The translations under genes were made by a program, and so were the position numbers. DNA of 64,000 nucleotides from Camelus dromedarius (Eukaryota). Below are positions 41,212 to 54,024 of the stretch, one piece after another. Where the stretch lies: assembly GCF_036321535.1 (NCBI RefSeq), contig NC_087436.1:43464001-43528000 (forward strand), given 5' to 3'. Every line of letters starts with the position of its first letter. Position 1 is the first letter of the stretch. The notes under the pieces are model-generated. The model saw only the letters and a list, made by a program, of their open reading frames with translations. It had not been told where the DNA came from and ran no database searches.

Positions 41212-41709
41212 TGTCAACTGAAATAAATGCACAGCCTAAAAGTTGAGAGTTATGTTTTATGTGGTGGACATTTCTGAGGACTCGAACCCCTTCGAGCCCA
41301 GGATGACAGCCTCCCAGATCGCTCTAGGGGACTGCTCCAAAGAGGTAGGGGAGGAGCTAGGGTATGTAGGACCTTTATGACAAAGACCAGGTGGTTGGAA
41401 CATTAAAAGATTACTTGTTATCTAAAGAAAACCAGGCATCTCAAGTTAAAGAATTTAGCGCTTTTCTACGTATGGGAGGAAGTAAACATTTGGGCTCATT
41501 GAATTCATTCCTTTGACAAGCACCTAACTATCTAGGGCCAGTATCCTGTCCTTTCTTATTCTGAGTCCCCTCAGGGTGCACCATTGTGAGTGGCTGCAGA
41601 GGCTGGGCTGCAGGCTTGTCCTCACTGGGGGGTGGCGGCAGCCACTGATGACTTGATGGTTTCAGCATTCTTTATTTACTGATATGGTTTGCAGTATTTT
41701 TTGTTCACA
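41212..41709 (-). mobile_element. ERV1-class solo LTR (MER41-like), copy B
   Basis: TG...CA termini with a 4-bp TSD aaag (41208-11 / 41710-13). The reverse complement aligns end to end with 37566-38036. Confidence 0.9.
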
Positions 41710-42008
41710 AAAGTAAGAATTCACCTTTAACAATTAATTTCTTTAGTGAATACTGATTGAGTTCCTATTATGTGGCAGGCATTGTCCTGGGTTTGGGGGA
41801 TACAGTAGTGAACAGAAAAGAAAAATTATGGTGCTTACATTCCAAGGTAATTTTCCACTGATGGATGGTTAACAGTATACGAGAGATTCTAAGGTAGTCA
41901 ATAGACCCCATGTCTTACACCTCCCCTTTGTTTTCCAATTATTTCAGTATTTTCCACTCTTATCTTCTTGCCTCCTCTAATTTTTCTTAGTTCAGCTATC
42001 TAGAAAAA

Positions 42009-42026
42009 ATCCACTAGGTGGCACTG
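42009..42026 (+). promoter_or_regulatory. Candidate CTCF binding site
   Basis: 'atCCACTAGGTGGCACTg' matches the CTCF core consensus; 15 bp are identical to the site at 30527. Confidence 0.55.
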
Positions 42027-42654
42027 TCTCACTAATCAGAATAAAAGTAACTTCGGTCGTTTCCAATGTATTCTTCCTGTCTCCTTTGGTTTTGTTTTTA
42101 ACTTGCTTTTTGTGTGTATGACCAAAACATAGCTTAAAATATACCATTTGAAGGAAAACAAAAAATATATATCCAATAAGATGAGATATCAGTCTGAGTT
42201 TGCTGGAACACACCACCTTTTAACAAGCCAAGTAAATGTATGACCCATCACTCAACACTCCCCAGTACACATGGTGTTGGATAGACTCTTCACCACAAAT
42301 GACTAGAATTCCTAAAAAGAAATAGTATAGGATGGAATGATGGAACAGACGTTTGGAGAAGGTGTCTAGAGATATGCATTCATGTCCTAGTTTTAGCTGA
42401 CCTTTAACCCACCTTAGATGAGAAACCAGGGACAATTCACCCTGGCCAAATGGGACAAATCTCATGACCTTTAAGTTTCTCATTAGAAAAATATTTGGAG
42501 TAATATATCCGTACTCACCTAAGGGGGTCTTGTAAAGATTAAATGATTTAAAGACTGTGCAAGTGCTATTGAGGACACATTTAGCTATGTGGTTCTGACT
42601 AGATATTTTGACTAGGAGAAAATATATGATTTTTGGAATTATAAACATAATAAA

Positions 42655-42860
42655 TGGTATTTTAATTAGTGCTTACTAGATATCATGAACTGTTTCAACT
42701 GCTTTAAAATATTATTTCATCTGACATTTTAAATTTAACACTGTGAGGTAGATACTACTATTATCCTCATTTCCAGCTGAGGAAACTGTGTTACAGAGAG
42801 AGAATAACTTGCCAGAGGCCACCCAACTATTAAATGCCAGAGCTTATCTCTTCCTAAGGA
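42655..42860 (-). mobile_element. MIR SINE
   Basis: 'aacactgtgaggtagatactactattatcctcatttccagctgaggaaactg...taacttgccagaggccac'. Confidence 0.7.
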
Positions 42861-43226
42861 CCATCTCATTTCTCTAAACCATATCCACTACTGTGTAAGG
42901 AGCCACTGGAAACATCATAACCAACAGAACATCAAGGGTATGTGAGAACTAAAGAACAGGAATTCTCAGAGCACGACAGGGTAATGAATATAACTGCTTC
43001 ATACATGAAGATCAAGCTACTCGGGCCTATAGATGCTAAAAATGAAAAAGCTGAGAACTGTGATCATACAAATAAAGTCTATACTCACATATCTTCGGTA
43101 CTTTTATAGCTGCTCCAACACAAATCCTGCCATCCAAAAGGTAAGTTATGAAAGATAATTTACGGCTATGTCATTCAGATCTTCAAATATTTGTAAGCTC
43201 TTTGAAAGCAAGTTCAGATCTATTTG

Positions 43227-43354
43227 GTTTCTAGGGAGGCAGGGTAAATTTATTTATTTATTTTTAATGGAGGTACTGGAGATTGAACCCAGGACCTCAT
43301 GCATGCTAAGCACAGGCTTTTACCACTGATCTATATCCGCCCATCCCTACCCCC
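43227..43354 (-). mobile_element. tRNA-Ala-derived camelid SINE (Vic-1-like)
   Basis: 'tggaggtactggagattgaacccaggacctcatgcatgctaagcac' with TSD cagatctatttg / caggtctatttg. Confidence 0.85.
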
Positions 43355-44364
43355 AGGTCTATTTGTTGGTAATTTTTTAAATGTTGACATACAAAGAAAC
43401 TTTATCAGTAGAATAATTTGGAACATGATCTATCTGTAGAGTACAGGCTGTTCTGGTGAATTCTGGCTCCCCACTTGCCAATTAAAAGATTTGGGCCAGT
43501 TATTAACCCCCATATCTGTAAAATACGGACAGTACAAGTACCTCTTAGAATTGCAAGAGGAAAATGAGTTGATACATAGAAAATGCTTAAAATAGAACCT
43601 AGCACTTAGTAAGAGCTCAAGAAATGTTAACATTATTCTTGTTGTTCCTACTAGTCAAGTCACATGAGCCCTTTACACTCTGTGGCCAAATCATCTGCCA
43701 TTTAGTGCTGTTCAGTACAGAAGCACCCCCACTTACAAACTCTCAGTTAACACAATTCCAGCAACAGACAAAGCAACGCTCTACAAGAAAAGCGTCTCTC
43801 CTTGATAGAGGGTGACAGTGGTCACTGACAGATTGTCATTTTGAACCAGTGACCGATTACTTTAGCAAGTCTTTCTACCCCAAGAAGGATAAACTTTCTC
43901 TGTTTGACATCACTGCTATTCCTTTGTCATTCTTAAATTTTAATTTCTGTATGTCTTTCTTTGCCTCCTGCTATGAATGATTTTAGATTCCTTGGAGAAA
44001 GGGTCTTGCCTTTTTTCATAGCCTTCATAATATTGACCATGGAAGACTCTTAAAGGGTGTTTTTGTCATCCATGTTATGCTTTTTGCATACTCCCCCAAA
44101 CCCCAGAACTGAGAAGAAAAAGACACCAGAGGGATGGTCTTAAGGACAGGGACATGGCTTAGATAATCTTTTTCTCACACCACTGATCAGAAATCATAGG
44201 TGTTACAGTCCCATGGTAGGTGCCCCAAAATACTTAATCAAATAAACAAAAGATGATATCATATTTGCCTTCAGGGCTTTACAGTAAGTTTTTTGTTTGT
44301 TTATTTTGTTTTTTACTTTCACCTACAAGGGTGCAAATCCTGAACAGAAGAAAACATTAAAAGG

Positions 44365-44465
44365 CAATTTGAATCCTGTCACTTCTCAGCTAGAAACCCT
44401 CCAATGGCACCCTATCTCACACTAGGAGGAAAACTAAAGGCCTTTATAGTGCCCCAGCTGTACCC

Positions 44466-44543
<78 letters not shown>

Positions 44544-44970
44544 TCTGACTGCAGTTTCTACGCTCTCCCTTACTTACCCTGTTCCAGCCACAGTGGCCCC
44601 CTTGGAATCCTGAAACAAGCCAAGCAGGCTCCTACTCACAGTTCCCTGCATAGGGAAGGTTCCCTCCTCCAGTATTCACATTGTTCTCTCACTTCCTTCA
44701 GATCCTGGCTCAAATGTCATCTAATCAGAAAGGTCTTTCCTGTCCATTTTATATTTATATAAAAAATCTCTATACTCCCTATTCCTTAATCTATAGTACT
44801 TATTACCATCTAACAAATATATTATTACTTGTTTGTTTTCTGTCTTCTTCCAAGAATATAAACTCCATATGAGCAAAGATTTTCTGTTTATTTTGTTCAG
44901 TGCTATATCTCCAGTATCCAAAATATGGCCTGGCGTGTAGAAGATGCTCAATAGTTATTTATTACAAATT
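44365..44970 (+). mobile_element. LINE-2 3' region with embedded (AC)n
   Basis: 'ctcacttccttcagatcctggctcaaatgtca...ttttgttcagtgctatatctccagtatccaaaatatggcctggcgtgtagaagatgctcaata'. Confidence 0.8.
44469..44540. repeat. (AC)36 microsatellite
   Basis: Direct reading, uninterrupted. Confidence 0.97.
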
Positions 44971-45269
44971 AATTTTACATCATCTTCTTAACATGTGTTC
45001 AACAAAATATGAAGAAATAATTACAATAAATATTGGAAAAAGGCGGTGGATTGATACTGATTTTTAGAGGCTAAAGAGAAAATATGATAATGGAATCTAA
45101 TAAAATACCATCGAATTGACTTAAATGTTGAAAAAATAGAGATGTTGACTAAAAATTCAAGTAAAGAGGAATTAGGAGACCAGAGGGAGAAGAAAAGAAT
45201 GTTGAGAGAGAGAGTCATGTCTTGGATAAAATGAAAAATAGAAAGACATGGAGTAACAGGGATCAATGA

Positions 45270-45690
45270 AACCCAGACAGCTGGAAGGTTCCTCAGAGCT
45301 CAAGAGGATCTAACCTCCTGTTTAAAGACAGAAACACCTCAGCGGGGCTCTATGGTAGGTCACTAGCTTCAACTGAAAGCTTCAACATAGAAATAGTCTT
45401 ATTTTACAAGATAATTAAATTCTATTTGGAGAAAATTCCTGCTAAGAAGTTCTTCCAAATTCTGAACCCAAACCTTCCACTTTATTTTAAACTGGTCACA
45501 TTCTGCCTTCTAGAACCACGTTGATTCTTTTTCCACAACTCTTCAAATATTCAAAATCAATAAACAGGCCCCAACCCCCTCAACTGTCCCTCCTCCAGGC
45601 TAAATCTCCCCAGCATCTTTGGCCATTCTATATGACATAGTTTCCAGATGGTCATCCTCTTAGTCAGTCTCCTTTAGAGCTACCATAATT
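45270..45690 (-). mobile_element. L3/CR1 LINE 3' fragment
   Basis: 'agaagttcttccaaattctgaacccaaacc...cctcctccaggctaaatctccccagc...atatgacatagtttccaga' is typical of reverse L3. Confidence 0.6.
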
Positions 45691-46651
45691 TTTCAATTTG
45701 CTTCTTTAAAAAATTATTTGAACAAGGATAGGCCAAAGTTAAGTGATTATGTTTACATTAATAACTTGTATCTTATTTGTGGAATCACCTTCTACTTTTT
45801 TCGGAGTTCTTTCATGTGAACTATATTGTGTAATACTCATTATAAAAAATTTTTTTTCAATTTTAAGTTGGAATCAGAACAACTGAGAATCAGCAGGGCT
45901 TGTTGACATACCCAAAACGACAGAGTGTAGGTCTGATAACAAATACCTATCTCTAGTTTTGTTTCTGTTTAATTTTTCACTATGAAAAATTTCAGACATA
46001 CAAAAAGCAAAGAGAGATTTATAAAGTGAACATCTATATTCTCTTTCCCTAGATTTAACATTTATTAACACTGGCTTGATCTAAATATTTTTTATTCTTT
46101 GGTAAACTATTTTAAAGCAAATTTCAGGCAGAGGCATCATGGCATTTCATCACTAAATCTTTTAGTGTGCATCTCTAAAACATAAGGACCTTTGCTTACA
46201 TAACCATGAACTGTTATCACATCTAACAAAATTAACAATAATTTATTAACATCATCTAATTCTCCATATTCAAATTTCTCCACTTGTTTCCCAACAACTG
46301 GATTTCTTTGCAATTAATTTATTCATGAGTCATATTCCTTAACTCTTGATCTATTTTTATTTCTACTATGGGGATTATAAACAAAATGGAAAAAGGTATG
46401 TTTTACAGAAGCAAAGATGAAGGGGAAATTGTTGAAAAATCAATTAACTGATTTTTACATTTTCCTCAATATAGGAAGACATAAGAGAATATCAGAGGTC
46501 ATGAAGTTAACTCCTCTGATTAAATGAGGGAAAGTTATATTATCAAACTTTCATTAAAGTTTTTTTACTTAAACATCATTTTCCTTTAGCTTTACGTTAG
46601 AGAAACTTTAATCTTATCTAGAATGAAACTACTTTGAAAACTAATTGAAAG

Positions 46652-46655
<4 letters not shown>

Positions 46656-46682
<27 letters not shown>

Positions 46683-46801
46683 GCAGTGGAGAGGTAACTA
46701 GGCTTATTTATTCGGTTCTTCAGTGGAGGTACTGGGGATTGAACCCAGGACCTCGTGCACGCTAAGCATGCACTCTACCGCTTGAGCTATACCCTCCTCC
46801 C
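46656..46801 (-). mobile_element. Young tRNA-Ala-derived camelid SINE (Vic-1-like) with 27-nt poly(A)
   Basis: Minus strand reads gggtatagctcaagcggtagagtgcatgcttagcgtgcacgaggtcctgggttcaatccccagtacctcca, then a tail and poly(A). Perfect TSD tgaaagagactttt (46646-59 / 46802-15). Confidence 0.93.
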
Positions 46802-46828
46802 TGAAAGAGACTTTTGAATAGTGACTTT

Positions 46829-47298
46829 AAAAAAAAATTTATTGCAGTGTAGTTGATTTGCAGTGTTAGTTTCAGGTGTACAGCAAAGCAATTCAGTTAT
46901 ACATACGCATACATGTATATTTTTATTTTCAGATTCTTTTCAATTATAGCTCATTACAAGCAATTTAATACAGTTCCCTGTAATATACAGTAGGTTCTTG
47001 TTTATCTACTTTATATATAGATAATAATGTGTACCTGTTAATCCCAAACTCCTAATTTATCCCTCCCCCACCCTTTCCCCTTTGGTAACCATAGTTTGTT
47101 TTGAAGGTATGTGAGTCTGGTTTTAGTTTGTAAATTGAATTTGTATCATATTTTTTAGATTCCACATTTAAGTGATATCATATGATATTTGTCTTTCCTG
47201 TCTGAATTACTTCACTTAATATGGTCATCTCTAGGTCTATCCATGTTGCTGCAAATGGCATTATTTCATTCTATTTTATAGTTAGGTAATATTCCTGT

Positions 47299-47386
<88 letters not shown>

Positions 47387-47498
47387 GTCTGTGTGTATAC
47401 ATACCACATCTTCTTTATCCAGTAATATGTTGATGGACATTTAGGTTGTTTCCATGGCTTAGCTATTGTAAACAGTGCTGTTATGAACACTGGGGTTC
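46829..47498 (-). mobile_element. 5'-truncated LINE-1 with TSD
   Basis: Reverse L1 3' UTR and ORF2 end (ORF 47266-47490 MFITALFTIAKPWKQPKCPS...WIKKMW). TSD aatagtgacttt (46817-28) / aagagtgacttt (47499-510). Confidence 0.92.
47302..47384. repeat. (TG)~41 microsatellite inside L1
   Basis: Direct reading, uninterrupted. Confidence 0.97.
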
Positions 47499-48360
47499 AA
47501 GAGTGACTTTTTATATGCAATAATCTGTGAAATATTTTCAAGTTTTCTTTTTCATTGGCCTTAAAATATTCTACTAAATCTGATTACAAACAACTTAAAT
47601 TTTGGATTAAGCTGCAGACATGAGAATGAGGCTAGCTTGTTTAAGATTGTTCAACACTTTGGCCAAATATTTTATATTTATCACTCACCAGGCTAGAGGC
47701 TGACCCTTGCACTTATTAAACAACCAATTTACACTCATTGATAAGTAGCTGGTTCTTAGCAGTAGGAACATTATGATATTCTGTTGTCTTTTAAAATATG
47801 GATTAATCTGAATCATCAGCACCTATACTAAGCAGCAATTTCCAATTTTTCAGAGTCACAGTAAGCTCTCATTGTTTGATTTCATGACAGCTCCAAAATA
47901 TGAGTGAAAATATTGCCTGTAAAAAATGTGCATTTGTACTAAGATATAAATCAGCATGGGATGCTGTTCGATGGAATTATCACATGATTCTCTAATCAAG
48001 GCAGCAAGACTAACCTGCAGTTACTTTAAGTGAGGGAGGAGCCTCTATGGGACTTGTTAGGGTAGAAATCCTGGAACTGTACAAAAAATAAGAGTATGCA
48101 ATCAAGATTGCCATTAACTTACAAAAAATATATGGCTTCTTGAATTCTCATTTTTTATGCTTAAGTTTATAATAAAATGAGATTAAGGGGAAGATCAGTT
48201 TTGCAGGATGCCAGTCTCTCTATTTCCAAGCACTGAGACTCTGGTCTCCAACACTCTGTCCTGCTCAACCACTTTCCCAGAGAAGTTCCCCTATCATCTG
48301 CACCAGGCTTTCTCCCTAGTCACAGGCAGAGTCCACAATGAGTTTAAAAGTCCTTATCAC

Positions 48361-48863
48361 TGAGAGGTTGAGGTGGGAATCCCCATGAAAAAGACGGCAG
48401 GACTCCCAGGCAGGGCCACTACTCTCCTGCCAGCACCATCTGGTTCCCTGGCCCGGTGGCATTATCTCACTTTTTGCCTCTGAAATGGCTTACTTCTAGG
48501 AAAGTGGAACTTACCCCTAAGATTCTATTGGTTCCCTGAGCTAACTCCTGATTGGTCCATTTGTAGTGCCTCATTTGCATGGAGCTCACTCCTGGTTTGT
48601 CCATTTCTATCACTCCTGATTGGTCCATTTCTACAAAGCTCATTACTAATTAGTCAACTTTGTTACAACTTATTTGCATATGATGTTGCAAAGTGTAGAC
48701 TGGCAGCCTATAAAAGCCTGTGTAAACCTACAGGCGGGGTCCAGAGCTTGGAGTGTTAACTCCTCTGGGTCCACTGGCATAATAAACCTGAGTTCTCCAA
48801 CCCTCCGAGTGCTGCTTGGTCTCTCGCCCAGATCCAGGTTGCTGTCACAACTGAGCTGTAACA
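48361..48863 (+). mobile_element. ERV solo LTR (5' boundary uncertain)
   Basis: U3 with repeated 'ctcctgattggtccattt' units and two ATTTGCAT octamers, then TATAAAA 48709-15, AATAAA 48781-86 and terminus 'gagctgtaaca'. No clean TSD was found. Confidence 0.8.
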
Positions 48864-50189
48864 CATTTTTCTTCAACAAGGTAAGGACTAAAGTACTGTT
48901 ACACATCAGCAAACTTTCTGCTCACCTACACCCCTGATACCTTGATGCCTCTATGTCCTATCCCAGTGTGCTCTGACCAAACCCTGGCAGTTATTCTCAG
49001 TCCTTGCTTAATTTAGTTTCCCTCCTTAGACATTCTACATTTGTAAAAGTCTAGAGACCTCACTTGCTTTTCCTGTCCATTGTCCTTTATCACTTTGAGC
49101 CTTAGTCTTACATCACTTTTTCCCCACCCACACAGTCCAATCCAGCCTTCTATTTCTGCCCTTCACACCTAACTCCTCTGCCTGGTATTCACAGGTAACA
49201 CACTGAAACAACAATTAAACATTTTCAATAATCAGGAAAGTGCCTGTAAAATGTGAGCTCCCATTCTGACAAGAACTTCCACATCCAAATATTCTATTCC
49301 TCTACCCTTTCGGCACCATCTTATTCATCAACTCCATTCTATGGGCCTGGAAACAAAAAGTGCATTATTCTGCCAGTGGCAAAACACTCACTCAAAGAGA
49401 CAACACTTCACAAGTCAGAGACTCTATCACAGTCTCCTCACCGGGCAACTTAGAACTCACTATAAACAGGGTATGGGAGAGTCCTTCCAAAGTCTGTATA
49501 GAGTACTACTTTCTGGGAGTAAGAGAGAACAGGCCACCAGTGCTCACCCCACAGAGGGATATTACTAGGTCTGCGGTCATCAGAGAGGGAGAATCGAGGC
49601 TAAGCAGTGCAGACTATCAGGGTGCGCTCCCACCTCGGGACGCAAGAACAATTGCTCCTAGTAGTTCAGACTCATTTATCTCTGAGTTTACCTAGAGACA
49701 GTCATCTGAGGTGAAGAAACAGAAGATCTCTAGGGGGAAATGAGCTTGGCCAGCTGGCGAGTGCCTATGCCGGTCAAGACAGAAACAAAAAAGAAAGATT
49801 AATGCAATGGCTGCATATGAACACAATTACAAATGAATCCAAAAAGGAAGCTGAGTATTTGTCACAGCAAGCCTTCTAATTCGGGAGCTTCTCGCTCAGT
49901 TCATTTCTTCATTTTTTTTTTCATAATCCTAAAAGCACTTTGTTTTTATGATGGCAAACCCTTGTTAAAATAGATACATGTCTAAGGAATAAATAGTATG
50001 TCAATCATTTTTAAAGGAAGAGATATATAATAGTATAAATCAGGGACTTCCTAAAAACAGAAGTTGACTTTGACCAAAAAAAGCCAAATAAATATTGACT
50101 AGTAAGTACAAATTAATCTACTTACAGACTCTCTAGTATATATGGTTCCTTATTTAACATTGAACTCAATGGAGAAAAAAAAACCTTAA

Positions 50190-50529
50190 GCCTAAGTGTA
50201 CTAAACAACAGAAATTTATTTTCTCAACAATTAGTCCAAGATCAAGTGTAGTCAGGGTTGTTTTTTTCTGAAGTCTCTCTCCTTGGCTTTTAGACAGTTG
50301 TCTTCTCCCTGGATTTTCAAATGATTTTCCCTCTGGGTGTGTCTGTATCCTAAACTCTTCTTACAAAGACAACAGTCATATTGGACTAGGGCCTACCCTT
50401 CATTTTATGACTTCATTTTAATTTCATTATCTCTTTAAAGATCTGTCTCCAAATATAGTCACATTCTGAAGTACTGGAGTTTAGGACATCAACACTTGAG
50501 TTGGAGAGGACACAATTCAGTCCATAACA
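50190..50529 (-). mobile_element. MaLR LTR (MLT1A-like)
   Basis: 'aaacaacagaaatttattttctca...tctccaaatatagtcacattctgaagtactgg...gacacaattcagtccataaca'. Confidence 0.85.
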
Positions 50530-51935
50530 GTTACTATTCAAAAAACTCCTACCTTAGATGTTTTAAGAAAAATGTATATTTTTATGATTGACTATGGAAA
50601 TATCTCATAGCATCATTGGTGTTTTCTACCATAAGTGCTAATGACATGAGGACATAGTATTTTCCTATTTAAAACATTTCCTAATTGCATCAGCTTAGGA
50701 AAATGAAAGGCACTTCCTCCTGTCAGTTACAATTACGGCAAAAGCTGGTTCAAAAAAAAACACAGCAACTGTTTTATTCTGAATTCCAATGTATTATTCT
50801 TTCCTCTATATTTATGCGACTTAAAAATGCAATTATAATTATTGTTTTAAAACTTATTAAATATGTTGTCACAGATGATTCTATGGCAATGTTTTTTCTG
50901 ATATTTCCCAAAGTGTACATATTAATTTTATTTTTTTGACTTTTTAAGTCAAAATGAATGTACCAGACAATTAGAAAATCAGAAAATGCTTATAAACTCT
51001 ATAGGCTAATGGCTCTAGCAGGGACTTTCTTAATTAAATATGAAGAGTACCTAGAGACAGCCTTATATTGGCTCTGATTATCTTGTATGAGAAAATTTAT
51101 TGGTCTGGAAAGCAAGAGAGAATATCTTTGAATTGTTTCAAGAGCAAAGTCACATCTCCACACAACAGGTCAAAGAAATAAGTACAATATATATATAACT
51201 TGACATATTTTCCCTGTTGCTATAGTAGCAAGGAATGTCTCTCCAGTGAATGCAATGGGGTTTATGACCATAGCTTAGTACAAGATGTAACAATGATTAT
51301 GATGTAATCAAACGCTGCAGGATAGTTAATTTTTGTCAATAAGTCTGCCAGAATAAATTTTTCAGAAAAAGCCAGCGTAGATGATTTTATGCATTTTCTC
51401 TGTGTGATATCAGCGAAGGAATCATCTCAATTTATAAAAGAAAGAGTGATGGGCAAGGAGGATATAGAGCTTCTCCAGCCCAAGTGGCAAGTGGTGATAA
51501 GTGAGAAAACAGTCTCCACCTGGAAGAGCAGCAGGTATAGAAATGTCCTTGGTGGGAAATCCTCTCCAATGGCAAATGAAATCATGCAGGGATTTATGGT
51601 TGAGAAAGCACAATTTTCCAAAAGGTAAAATCACACCTATCATTCAAATATTAGCTGAAACATGTCAAAGATTTGCTGTTGCTAATTAATGACAAGATCA
51701 GTAAGATGTTAAAAAGTGTTCAAAGGAGAATCTGAAGAACAGATTTATACATGGACCATTAAACAAGCCATATGCTCAAATCATTTGCTAATATAGACAA
51801 AACTAGTTAATATCCTATTTGACAATGAAATACTTTGTCTGGGATTACCTTTTCTATAAGACAAATTAATTGTTTTCATATTGGACAAAATTTATTAGCA
51901 TTTCTATGGAAAAAATCATTTGCATTCCTATCAGT

Positions 51936-52046
51936 TTTCTTTTTTTAATATTTAACTTTATTTCTTTATGGAGGTACTGGGGATTGAATCCAGGACCTCT
52001 CACATACTAAGCACATGCTCTACCACTGAGATATACCCAACCCCCA
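51936..52046 (-). mobile_element. tRNA-Ala-derived camelid SINE (Vic-1-like)
   Basis: 'tggaggtactggggattgaatccaggacctctcacatactaagcacatgctctaccactgagatataccc'. Confidence 0.85.
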
Positions 52047-54024
52047 ACAGCTTTCTACAAATTAACTTTTACCTCTACAAAGTTGTAAAATGGTCTTAAA
52101 AGAGAATTAAATAAGCAAACTCTTACAAAATCACATAATTCCTGGAAGGTCTGCTAGACAATGCCCAGAATGCCACTGAACAGACACCCATTAATCTCTT
52201 CTGCCGGTTTCGGATCTTTTGACAATTTATTCTGATGTAGTTAAATCAATCAATCAGCCTGTTCTTTGCCCTTGTATTCCTGGCCTGGTAAAACCTTAGA
52301 CAACAGACATAAAAACTATCAGCATGTAGGAGAAAAGATATTTCTATTAGAAAAATAAGTATTTTATCTATTTTAAAGAGTAGACTCTGAGCTCTTTCAG
52401 AGAGTAAACAATGTGAGGACCAGCCTAACGTTTTACTTCTTCGTATCCTGCATGACTTACTTGCACATACAGCCCAGTCAATCTTGATTTGAGCTACACA
52501 TCAAAATGACTAGATAGGTTTTCTGTTTTGTTTTATTTTGTTTAAATAGTCATCCTGACCCTACTGAAATCTACTGAATCAGGTTCTCCAGGCACAGAAT
52601 CCAATTCTCTGAACTTTTTAAATGATTCTGATGTGTAGCCACAGGAAAGACATGCTGTTGGTTGACTGAAATGGTTCAAAGAAGTTATTTTCTCAAATTG
52701 CTGCGGAGTCCAGAACACAAACTAATGCTTGACTTTACTTGCAACTATTCTATTAAAAGCAAAGTATCACTATATTTTCTTTTCAAGATCACTACAAACT
52801 TTCTCCTTTACCTGCCCATAGTTTCATTTAACTGTGGAAGAATGGATTGATTACCAGTGAAGTCCAGGAAAGAAACTTATTTCATGCTCTATAACTTAAA
52901 TTATTACAGTCTGTACTAGCTAACTCTTCTGAATAACCTCTCAAAGTTCTTAAGTTTACACCACTTCAAGTAGCCTCAAAATGTTTATAGTATACTTGCA
53001 CCATTGGATTTTATTAATTAAAAATTCCTTTGAGGTACTTACTATCACTATCATTGGGTATTAGGAGGACTATGCGAGGTTCCTCTTTGTGGGGATTTGC
53101 CAGATTTAAGCTATTATTTTCTTACAATCATGTGACATTTTTCTTTCAGGACATAATTCGTATAGGCAATGGGATCTACATTAGGCAGGTGTATCTCCTG
53201 TATTAATATGATAAAAATATACACATTTCTAAAAATGTCATACAACTTTCCATGGCAGATGGAAAACACGAATGTTACTCTTCTAAGACAGTGACTGCTA
53301 ATCTTGAGAGGTGAACTGAAGCAGCCGGTCCCAGTTTCAGAATAACAAAGGTATTTTTGCATTCATTGTTGCTTTTTCCCCAACATGTTTCAGGAAAAAA
53401 AAAAAACTAACTTTTAACATATGCAATTGATAATAATTATTTTCGACCACTGTAGTTTGCAATAATATTTGGACTCAGTAAGCTTAAAAAAATATATAGT
53501 TTCTAAGTATAAAAGGTAATAAAGGTTCACTGTAAAAAAAAATGAAATTAACAAAAAAATTGAAGAAAAATGAGAAGTATCTAATAAAACAACTATTGAC
53601 ATATATGTATTTCTGTTGTATGTTTCTATGCATATGGGTAATATACTTGAGAGCATACTGCATGCATTTTTTCACCCTGAATTTTTAAATTAATAAATAG
53701 TATTTTTCACGTCATTAAAATTTCTTTTAAAAACTACTTTTAGAATGGCTACAAAATATTCCATTTCATGGATAAACCATAATTTATTTAACAATTTCCT
53801 TATTATTAAATACTTAGATAATTTTCCATTTGGAGTCATTATAATAATTGTAAATCAGCTTTTAAAAAGCTGTTTTCTCACCAAATAATATTCATATTAT
53901 GCACTAGCTGTCTAAGATGAAGTGTTATCCATAGACAAACCACTTGAATATTCTGGAGATGTTTCAAGAAATCTAAAAAGCCCTTAGTTTTAAAATGTCA
54001 GTATATACTTTTCAAAATGATTTT

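Noticed and set aside
37566..41709. Possible provirus bounded by two LTRs
   Set aside because: The LTRs are in opposite orientation, each has its own TSD, and the interior has no PBS or gag/pol/env homology.
46725..46797. Apparent tRNA-Ala(AGC) gene on the minus strand
   Set aside because: It is followed by a SINE tail, poly(A) and a TSD, and three more decayed copies lie in the window. It is a SINE head, not a tRNA gene.
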